Virus record (IMG/VR): IMGVR_UViG_3300045988_173701
Coordinates: 1 to 38,000 of that record
Strand: one strand, 5' to 3'
Source: a virus
Length of the DNA stretch: 38,000 bases
Below, piece by piece: positions 8,607 through 16,049 of the stretch. The position numbers and the translations under genes were made by a program. Positions within the stretch are counted from its first letter, which is position 1; every line of letters starts with the position of its first letter. Below the pieces are notes generated by a model. The model saw only the letters and a list, made by a program, of their open reading frames with translations, ran no database searches and had not been told where the DNA came from.

Positions 8607-9098
8607 CTATTCCTCATCGTCTGAATAGTATTCGTTGTACTTCTGCTCGAGTTCTCTTCTTAATTTCCTGCTACGTTCGATTGTCTCTCTAGCTGTTTTT
8701 GTAATCTGATAACTCTTTGACCCGAACTCTTCATAGATAACGGTGATAAAGTGCATTCTCTTTAGAACTGTTATATGAACAATTATTTCATCTGTATTTC
8801 TGACAATTACGCCGTCGCGCGCGTTGTATATTTCCCACAGCAATGCTTTTCGTGTGTCTGAAAGCGAAAGAATAGATCTTTTCGTTTCGACAGAGGGAAG
8901 CGAAGCGTAAAACCTATGCGCTGCGACTCCTATTACAAACGATAGGCCGCAACAGGCAGCAAGTGGAAATGGATAGTTTAGCCACGCATCAACCACCTGA
9001 CCAAACAGCGCAACAATAGATGCACCAAATAGCAAGAAAAACAGCGAATTTATTGCGTTGGGAATTTGACCCGATAGTTTTTCCAATACCTTCTTCAT
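8607..9098 (-). CDS. Membrane protein (lysogeny-region moron; possible superinfection exclusion)
   Basis: 163 aa. N-terminal hydrophobic helices, acidic C-terminus. Confidence 0.45.
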   Translation of the reverse strand: MKKVLEKLSGQIPNAINSLFFLLFGASIVALFGQVVDAWLNYPFPLAACCGLSFVIGVAAHRFYASLPSVETKRSILSLSDTRKALLWEIYNARDGVIVRNTDEIIVHITVLKRMHFITVIYEEFGSKSYQITKTARETIERSRKLRRELEQKYNEYYSDDEE

Positions 9099-9100
9099 CT

Positions 9101-9150
9101 ATCCCACTTTCTGGTTACCAGTCGCAGGCCCCTCCGCTTTAGCTCGAATC
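9101..9150 (-). repeat. Non-coding copy of the cI 3' end (about 46 of 49 nt identical to 9645-9694)
   Basis: ATCCCACTTTCTGGTTACCAG..GCAG.CCCCTCCGCTTTAGCTCG is shared. The downstream copy encodes nothing here. Confidence 0.8.
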
Positions 9151-9639
9151 TTAAATATCATTTTTCGCATCCTCGATAATGTCCTGGTTTTTCTTGATAA
9201 TTCTCCTAATTTCAGGTTTAAGCTCGTATCTATATCCATCGCGAGTAGATACTTTTACGCAGAATTCGAGGTACTTGTCTGTACTGGGTTTCGCATATCC
9301 CATGGCACCGATAGCACTGTAAGCGATAGCACTGTAAGAGGATTCTTCAGGATCTTCTTCGATGAAATATCCGTTTATGTACGCTCGTGCGATATTTACT
9401 TTCACTTCATATGGCGCTTCTTTAAGCTCTGAAACTATTCCATCTCTATGCTCTAAACGATCGCAGTATTTTTCTTTTAAAATCCAGCCTAAAGCCAATC
9501 CAAAAATCGACACTAAAAATAAAAGAGTAGATGCAAATAATGGATTACTAAAACTAATAAACGAAGGCGATATAGTAATGCCAAAGATTGCGAAAATCGA
9601 AGCAATTATTGACAGAGTGCTATTTATGTTTCGTATCAA
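9151..9639 (-). CDS. Membrane protein (lysogeny-region moron)
   Basis: 162 aa. TTG start. N-terminal transmembrane helices. Confidence 0.45.
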   Translation of the reverse strand: MIRNINSTLSIIASIFAIFGITISPSFISFSNPLFASTLLFLVSIFGLALGWILKEKYCDRLEHRDGIVSELKEAPYEVKVNIARAYINGYFIEEDPEESSYSAIAYSAIGAMGYAKPSTDKYLEFCVKVSTRDGYRYELKPEIRRIIKKNQDIIEDAKNDI

Positions 9640-9642
9640 TGT

Positions 9643-10005
9643 TTATCCCACTTTCTGGTTACCAGCTGCAGACCCCTCCGCTTTAGCTCGCGCGCTTTCT
9701 GAAGCTCGGATTCCCCTCACCGAGCCAAGCGCCGCATCCTTCCCCTCATCGCTTAATGATTCGAAAGTATTGTTTAAGTCTCTTTGGCGCTCGTCGGAAT
9801 AAGTGCCTATATATTCATAGCGTCCTGCTAATTCATCGAGAGTGCAATCTAAGACATCAGCAATACGTGCAGCATCTTCGAGTGGTAGTGCGGTTTCTTG
9901 GCGTTCCCATGCACCTACGATTCTCGAAGTTGAATTTATTTTTTTGGCGAGGTCTTCTTGGCGCAAACCGATTCTTTTGCGAAGAGCTTTTAGTTGTAAG
10001 TTCAT
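9643..10005 (-). CDS. CI-like repressor (XRE-family HTH)
   Basis: 120 aa. HTH in LRQEDLAKKINSTSRIVGAWE. Divergent from the cro-like gene. Confidence 0.7.
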   Translation of the reverse strand: MNLQLKALRKRIGLRQEDLAKKINSTSRIVGAWERQETALPLEDAARIADVLDCTLDELAGRYEYIGTYSDERQRDLNNTFESLSDEGKDAALGSVRGIRASESARAKAEGSAAGNQKVG

Positions 10006-10019
10006 TTTCTGTACCTCCT

Positions 10020-10154
10020 GGCGTGATTATACACGCTTAACGTAGAAAAATATACGAAAACCGTAGAAAAGTATTGACAGGGTTCGAAACATGAATATGA
10101 TGATATAAAAAGTACGAAAACGGTAGATTCTGAATAGTTCGGAGGTGACAGAAA
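10020..10154. promoter_or_regulatory. Divergent cI/cro promoter-operator region with repeated TACGAAAAC(C/G)GTAGA and CGTAGAAAA motifs
   Basis: Repeats at about 10041, 10063-10082 and 10112-10130. TTGACA at about 10084 and TATGAT 16 nt downstream. Confidence 0.5.
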
Positions 10155-10376
10155 TTGACGAAATACAGTAAAGAATCTGTTGGTCGTCGCCTTAGGAGCG
10201 GTTTGGTAGATAAGGGTATTAGCACCGAGCAGTTCGCCGACATGATTGGCGTGAGCACTTATACCGTCAAAGAATGGTGCGGAGGTCGCTGTGGGATGAG
10301 CCTTGAAAACGCTGTTGCGGTATGCGATGCGCTTGATTGGCCCCTTGATCGCTTGGTTGTTCGTAGGGGTCAGTAA
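10155..10376 (+). CDS. Cro-like HTH regulator
   Basis: 73 aa. TTG start with GGAGGTGA RBS. HTH in ISTEQFADMIGVSTYTVKEW. Confidence 0.6.
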   Translation: MTKYSKESVGRRLRSGLVDKGISTEQFADMIGVSTYTVKEWCGGRCGMSLENAVAVCDALDWPLDRLVVRRGQ

Positions 10377-10546
10377 TGAATTGCGGATTTTGGATGTCCA
10401 CGATGGCACTATGGGCTCTTTTATTCATCATGGCACTTTTAGCTAAGGCTGCTGGACATGTCGATTTCGCTAACGTTGTGTTTGCGGTTTCGATTTTTCT
10501 TGCTGGAGCAGCGTTCGGTTGGTCTAGGGGAAATAGGTAGGCACTC

Positions 10547-10783
10547 ATGAATAAGTATCAATCAATTAGCGATGATGATGGCGTTTATATTGAAACGCTC
10601 GAAAGCATTGTTGATCGCATTCATGATTTTACGCACCTTCGCAAGAGCGAGATCACTCTGCTCAATGTTGGTTTTACTGTCAAAGAAGAAGATGGCTGCA
10701 AATACCTAGATTGTGACTTTGCATTCTTTCGCATTGGCATTGTGGAATTTCAAGTTGATTTTCATTCCTTGGAGATTGTTTAG
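10547..10783 (+). CDS. Hypothetical early protein
   Basis: ORF with upstream RBS-like GGGGAAATAGGTAGG. Confidence 0.35.
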   Translation: MNKYQSISDDDGVYIETLESIVDRIHDFTHLRKSEITLLNVGFTVKEEDGCKYLDCDFAFFRIGIVEFQVDFHSLEIV

Positions 10784-10785
10784 CG

Positions 10786-10986
10786 ATGGATAACAACAAC
10801 GGCTTTTCAGCAATAGAAATCGCGCTTTGTGTGCTCGTTTTCTTATCCAGCATTCTCCTTTGGCTGGTGTTCATGTTCAACCTTTTAGGTATGACGACTA
10901 TCGCCTTTTGGTTGGCGCTTGTTGAGGTTCTAGTTTGTATCGCATTTGGACTTTTGATTATTAGGGCGGTGATCAGATGGAAATGA
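10786..10986 (+). CDS. Small membrane protein
   Basis: 66 aa with two hydrophobic helices. Coupled to the upstream ORF. Confidence 0.3.
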   Translation: MDNNNGFSAIEIALCVLVFLSSILLWLVFMFNLLGMTTIAFWLALVEVLVCIAFGLLIIRAVIRWK

Positions 10987-11074
10987 TTCCAGCGTATTTG
11001 ATGATCATAGCAAGTCTGATTTCAGGATATGTATTCAGCTATTTGGAATGGCGAAAGCGTAATAAGTAGGGGAG

Positions 11075-11317
11075 GTGGTCGAATTGGCAAAGGTTACCAA
11101 GCCGCAGATTAAAACTCGGCTTTATACGATCAAAGAAGCTTCAGAGCTTTGGAACGTCCCATTAACTGTTTTATATGGCGAAATACGTCAAGGGCGACTG
11201 AGGGCAGTTATGAGACGTGGATGTGTTAAAGGCTACCTGGTTACCGAACAGATCATGGCTGATTGGATTGAAAACTCAATGGTCGATGTGTTCGATGTAA
11301 AAGGCGGCTTAGTTTAG
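11075..11317 (+). CDS. Excisionase-like or MerR-like HTH DNA-binding protein
   Basis: 80 aa. YTIKEASELWNVPLTVLYGEIRQGRL resembles excisionase-family HTH proteins. Confidence 0.45.
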   Translation: MVELAKVTKPQIKTRLYTIKEASELWNVPLTVLYGEIRQGRLRAVMRRGCVKGYLVTEQIMADWIENSMVDVFDVKGGLV

Positions 11318-11331
11318 AAGGGTTCCAGATA

Positions 11332-11673
11332 ATGATTACTGAAAAGCAGGTTTTAGATTCTCTCGAGCGCTATATCGATGCTGCTCAAGCTTATAGAAAA
11401 GAGCTTATGGATAAAGCAGAACAAGAGGGCAAGCATGGTAGTTCCGATCTTCTCTATCACGCACTTTGTCAATCTTTCAACGGTGTGATTTTGTTCGTTA
11501 CTGATCTGGTGAAAGGTATTCAGTTAGACGAGAAAAAATTCTCTGCTGCTACCTCTGTTGATCTGGCTATGTTTGCCGTTGACGCTGATATGAGCAAGAT
11601 TTTGGATACAAATATTAACGCCTTGCGATCTTTTATGCTTGAAATCGAGGTGGATAAGGTAAGCGCTCAATAG
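11332..11673 (+). CDS. Hypothetical protein
   Basis: 113-aa ORF with RBS. Confidence 0.4.
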   Translation: MITEKQVLDSLERYIDAAQAYRKELMDKAEQEGKHGSSDLLYHALCQSFNGVILFVTDLVKGIQLDEKKFSAATSVDLAMFAVDADMSKILDTNINALRSFMLEIEVDKVSAQ

Positions 11674-12017
11674 CGAGGGTTTTAGTAGGTAGGGCGTGGC
11701 ATGGAGATAGCGGATATTCCGCGATAAACCCCGATTAAACTTTTTTGCTTTTTTAGTCCCTTTTGGAGCAGTGACCAAAATCCAACTCCATGTCACATCC
11801 TGCCTACTAAGGGCAGGGCCTTACTGGATGGGTAGCGAGTGGTTTTTGTTTTCGCCTTTCGTTTCCAGCTCGCTACCTGTTCGGTTAAGGCTGAATACCT
11901 ACATATAAGCGCAAGCTGGACTTGATGGAATAGCGGCTCTGCATGGAATGGCTTGCGCTTGTATCTGGGTATTCCAGAAGCAGTTTGAAAAGCGAATACG
12001 TAGATAGGTGGTATGAA

Positions 12018-12239
12018 ATGAATTTATCTTTAATTGGTGTTTTGTTTCTGGTGTATGTGATAGGAGGCTTATTGCTTTTCCTTATAGCTCCAAGATTTGT
12101 AGACTTTATTGATCTTAAAACGAATATATATTCTGATGCACCAATCGTTGCTTATGTAGTAGTTATTTTTATATGGGTGTTTCTTGGGGGCGGCGTTATT
12201 TTCGGCATGTTCATTACAACGTTAGCTCTTAATTTTTAA
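12018..12239 (+). CDS. Small membrane protein
   Basis: ATG at 12018 after AGGTGGTATGAA. Two transmembrane helices. Confidence 0.35.
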   Translation: MNLSLIGVLFLVYVIGGLLLFLIAPRFVDFIDLKTNIYSDAPIVAYVVVIFIWVFLGGGVIFGMFITTLALNF

Positions 12240-12581
12240 TTATCCAAAAATAAGAGTAACTGAACTGCCTACAGCGGTTCCTAAAACGCCAAGAAACCAC
12301 GGGAAGGCTGAATATCCAAGCTTTTCAGCAATATATTTGATTCTTTCCCAGCGATAACAACGTCCTAGGCTTGTGAAATACCCCGCGGTTAAATTCTTGT
12401 CTGATGTATCTATTTCAAATATACCTAGATTTCCAAGCTCTATAAGGGTTTTATATTCTTCTAGCGGACTTTCGGTATCGATGAGATTTAATACATAGTC
12501 ATCGAATTCATTCTCCGATTCTTTTTGCATTTCGAGAAGTTTCTTACGAAGTTTATTTTGTTCTTTATTTAGCTTAATCAT
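12240..12581 (-). CDS. Hypothetical protein (convergent with the upstream ORF)
   Basis: 113-aa ORF. Confidence 0.4.
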   Translation of the reverse strand: MIKLNKEQNKLRKKLLEMQKESENEFDDYVLNLIDTESPLEEYKTLIELGNLGIFEIDTSDKNLTAGYFTSLGRCYRWERIKYIAEKLGYSAFPWFLGVLGTAVGSSVTLIFG

Positions 12582-12646
12582 TTATAACTCCTATCTGGGT
12601 ATTCGCTCAGTTGCCCAGTCTATCTGGGTTTGCTAACTCACCCAGA

Positions 12647-12692
12647 GAATAAAAAGGGGCTGCAGCCTGAATTCGAACGCTCGCTGCAGCCC
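12647..12692 (-). terminator. Hairpin (GGGCTGCAGC ... GCTGCAGCCC) with a T-run on the minus strand
   Basis: 10-bp GC-rich stem. The minus strand reads stem then TTTTTATTC. Confidence 0.4.
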
Positions 12693-12905
12693 ATCTGTCC
12701 AACCCCTCAGTAAAGGAGGACTAGAGATGCATTATATCTCACGGGGGCGCAGACCTCCCAAACAAAGCTTTTTCAGTGGTCTTTTTGACGAGAATCTGCG
12801 ATTTATCGGCTCAAAATTGCAGTTTGCAAAGATGATGGCACTTGCTGTTATAGCTGCGCTCGTATCTTATGCGTACATCCTTTTGCTTTTGGTGGCGTTT
12901 GGCTA

Positions 12906-13226
12906 ATGTCTATATGTCCATCGTGCGGCGGGTATTTGCCGCGAAACAGTGAAAGGTCAATTTGTCGCGAGTGCCACCTGAAGCGCGAGATTGAGTCGTT
13001 GCGTTGGGAAGTGGGAGAGCTTTATCGAATTCTTCCGATGCATATTCGTGCGAAATTGCGCAGCCAAGAGCAGGTTTATGTTCGTCAGGCCAATGTTAGC
13101 GTTTCTGGAAGATCCACCTCAAAAAGATTAAAGCGCTTATACCTTGAGCGTGATGCCCTTAAAAAGCAGGTTAGATCGTATCGTAAAGCTGCGATCGAGT
13201 GCGGTGTGCTTCGGAGTGGTAAGTAA
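12906..13226 (+). CDS. Zinc-finger protein (CxxC ... CxxC) in the integrase-2 cassette
   Basis: CPSCGG ... CRECH. Stop overlaps the integrase start (TAATG). Confidence 0.45.
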   Translation: MSICPSCGGYLPRNSERSICRECHLKREIESLRWEVGELYRILPMHIRAKLRSQEQVYVRQANVSVSGRSTSKRLKRLYLERDALKKQVRSYRKAAIECGVLRSGK

Positions 13227-14404
13227 TGGCATCGTCTCGTTTTAACTCAAATACGGGCATGATCGAGGTACGTGCTTATGCTGGCAAGGATCCGATTACG
13301 GGTAAGGTGCGGAATTTATTTCGCTCGCTTCCTGGAGACTCGGAGCCTGAAGCGGTAATAGGTGTTTGTGCAGAGTTACAAGAACAAGCAGATGCACTAA
13401 AGGGTCGATCTATTCCTTTTACTGTTAAGAGCGCAATTGAGTACTACTTTGATTGCATAGCGTCAGACCATTCAGCTACCACTATGGATGCGTATAGGTC
13501 AAATGCGCGTTGCTATGTGTATCCCTTTATTGGTGATAGGAGATTAGACGATCTTCAACCCTTTGAAATTACAAGGCTTTATCAGAGGCTCATTGATAAG
13601 GGCGGCAAGGATGAAAACCCTGTATCAAATTCTACGGTTGCCAAGTTGCATGCTTGGTTAAAACCCGCTTTTGATTATTTGGTTGGTTTAGGTATTGCAG
13701 GTTCTAATCCGTTTTCTTATGTAAAACGACCACGCGAAAACCAGGAAGAAGCGTTTGCGTTAAGCGAGATCGATCTAGCGGTTTTAATGGATTATCTCTA
13801 CGAAGCATCGAATCTTGATTCTGATGAATTCGACATGCTAAACGTTGCTTTGTTGTTGTGTTTGAATACAGGCATTAGACGTGGTGAGCTTGCAGGTTTT
13901 AGGGTGGGCGATTACAAGTCGCGCACTTCATCTATTTCGGTTAAGTCGAACTTGGTGCAAACCACAAAAGGATTAGTGCGCAAAGTTCCCAAGTCTAAGC
14001 ACTCAAGGCGCAATATATCGCTTCCTATTGATGTCTGTAATGTTCTTGATGGATATCTTTTCTGGCAGCGCGAAATGCTCGATGTTCACGGAATTCGCCA
14101 ACGTAGCGATACTCCTCTTTTTTGCGACAAGGAAGGCGCACCTATTCATCCTCGTATGTTTGCAAAGCATTTGCGCTACCTGGTAGGCAAATTAAAGCTG
14201 GATAGATCAATCCACTTGCATACCTTGCGTCACACCCATGCTACAGCGCTTTTAGATTTAGGTGTGAATATAAAAACTATTTCGGAGCGTTTGGGCCATT
14301 CAGATGTCGGGGTTACCTTGCGAATTTATTCCCATGTGTTGCCAGGTCGCGATGAGCAGGCAGCTAATACGTTTTCCAAAGCGGTGATGCGCCGTGACGT
14401 ATAA
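13226..14404 (+). CDS. Second phage-type integrase (tyrosine recombinase)
   Basis: 392 aa. C-terminal HTLRHTHATALLDLG ... RLGHSDVGVTLRIYSH. Confidence 0.85.
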   Translation: MASSRFNSNTGMIEVRAYAGKDPITGKVRNLFRSLPGDSEPEAVIGVCAELQEQADALKGRSIPFTVKSAIEYYFDCIASDHSATTMDAYRSNARCYVYPFIGDRRLDDLQPFEITRLYQRLIDKGGKDENPVSNSTVAKLHAWLKPAFDYLVGLGIAGSNPFSYVKRPRENQEEAFALSEIDLAVLMDYLYEASNLDSDEFDMLNVALLLCLNTGIRRGELAGFRVGDYKSRTSSISVKSNLVQTTKGLVRKVPKSKHSRRNISLPIDVCNVLDGYLFWQREMLDVHGIRQRSDTPLFCDKEGAPIHPRMFAKHLRYLVGKLKLDRSIHLHTLRHTHATALLDLGVNIKTISERLGHSDVGVTLRIYSHVLPGRDEQAANTFSKAVMRRDV

Positions 14405-14603
14405 GCGCTTAGAGCTGCAAAGAAAGCGCAAGGAAAAGGGTTTAAAGCAATCGGAAGTTGCGCGAGCAATACATGTCAGCCACAAGATGTATTCATGCAT
14501 AGAAGAAGGTACGCGAACTGGAAGCGTTGATGTATGGGATGCGCTTGAGGATCTGTTTGGTGTTGATCAGAGAATTCTAAGAAAAGTTACCAAGATTAAA
14601 TAA
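14394..14603 (+). CDS. Small XRE-like HTH protein
   Basis: 69 aa. LKQSEVARAIHVSHKMYSCIEEG. Confidence 0.45.
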   Translation: MTYKRLELQRKRKEKGLKQSEVARAIHVSHKMYSCIEEGTRTGSVDVWDALEDLFGVDQRILRKVTKIK

Positions 14604-14647
14604 GGAGGCCCCTGTGGACATTAATCATATTATGCGCCGTTATTGTT

Positions 14648-15373
14648 TTGGATATTCAGGCAGCAGTGGTGCAAATGGGTTTTTATATTAACAACGACTA
14701 CTGGGCAGCGATTGAAGATTATCCGTTAAAGGTACAAGACGAAATCATCGGATCGTTAACGCGATTGTATTTTACGGGTGAAGACCAGCTTGGAAATATT
14801 CGCTCCAAAACCTCGAAGCCTGTTTATTTAGCGTGTCGTGAGCGCGTATTGGTAGCTCGGAAAAAGTCAGCTTCAAGGGGTAGGACAAATAAAGATGTTT
14901 GTCCTAAAAGTACGCAGGACAAAAGTTTGCCCCGTGTCCAGGATCAAAACAGTGATTTTGCTAAAAAGAGTGAGAGTGAGAGGGAGAATATATCAACCTG
15001 TAAGTCTACCTATCCTGAAACTCAACCAAACCTGGACGAGAGCGCAAAGTCTGGCGATGAAGTTCCATGGATTGAATTTGCAAAAGCTGCAATTTCCAAG
15101 TTTACCGAGATCACAGGACGAAGGTATGACATTCCAAGCTCAGATGTGATGCTTTCTTTGCACAAGATATTCGCAGCTCACTACACCATTTCGGATATCG
15201 AAACCATGATTCGCTACAAGTACGACGAGTGGAAAAACGATACTCGCATGTCGAATTTCATTAGGCCAAAAACCCTGTTTGGACAGCAATTTGAAAGCTA
15301 CGTAGCTGCTGCGAAAGCAGCAAAGGAGGTGAAACGAGATGATCGATCAGCGCGAGTTGCTGGCAGATTTTAA
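14648..15373 (+). CDS. Phage replication protein / replisome organiser (conserved phage C-terminal domain)
   Basis: C-terminal YKYDEWKNDTRMSNFIRPKTLFGQQFESY matches the conserved phage replisome-organiser C-terminus. Confidence 0.6.
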   Translation: MDIQAAVVQMGFYINNDYWAAIEDYPLKVQDEIIGSLTRLYFTGEDQLGNIRSKTSKPVYLACRERVLVARKKSASRGRTNKDVCPKSTQDKSLPRVQDQNSDFAKKSESERENISTCKSTYPETQPNLDESAKSGDEVPWIEFAKAAISKFTEITGRRYDIPSSDVMLSLHKIFAAHYTISDIETMIRYKYDEWKNDTRMSNFIRPKTLFGQQFESYVAAAKAAKEVKRDDRSARVAGRF

Positions 15374-16049
15374 TGCTTTGCCTGAATCGGAAAAGCAAAA
15401 AATACGTGAAAACGATGCGATAAATCGAGCTAAAAGAGAGCGTGCAGCGATGCAAAATATTCGCGAAAAAACGATTAAAAATCGCATCAAATATAGCGGT
15501 ATTCCTGAAGAATATAAGTCCGCAAAACTTGAGTATTGCGCATTGTCTATCCAGCAATATTTCGCAGCACTTGAAGTAGATGTGCGCGAGGATTTGGTGT
15601 TGCGCGGCGATGCTGGTACAGGCAAGACTTACGCAGCGTGTGCGGTAGGTATGGAATACATTAAAGGTCATACCGTGCGCTTTGTTACCATGCCTTATTT
15701 TTTGCGTGCAGTGAATGGTACTTGGATAAGCCGTGCCGAAACACCTCAGGAAGCGTTCGACCGCTATGCTGGCGCTGATTTGCTTATCTTGGATGACCTA
15801 GGTAAAGAGGTACCAAAAGAAACCTCGATTGCCTATATTTGGGAGCTTATTGACGTACGTAAGTCAAACGGTAGACCAACCATCATTACCACAAATTACG
15901 ATAGCGATAAGCTATACGATAGGCTTTCACAGGGCGGAAACAACAATGATGTGGTAGCGATTATCGACCGTATTGCACAATCTAATGTTGTTGTTATTGG
16001 TGGCCCGTCGCGGCGCGAGGTTTGCACCACGGTAGGAGGTGCAGCTTAG
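15339..16049 (+). CDS. DnaC/IstB-like AAA+ helicase loader
   Basis: Walker A GDAGTGKTY, Walker B LLILDDLG. Confidence 0.75.
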   Translation: MIDQRELLADFNALPESEKQKIRENDAINRAKRERAAMQNIREKTIKNRIKYSGIPEEYKSAKLEYCALSIQQYFAALEVDVREDLVLRGDAGTGKTYAACAVGMEYIKGHTVRFVTMPYFLRAVNGTWISRAETPQEAFDRYAGADLLILDDLGKEVPKETSIAYIWELIDVRKSNGRPTIITTNYDSDKLYDRLSQGGNNNDVVAIIDRIAQSNVVVIGGPSRREVCTTVGGAA

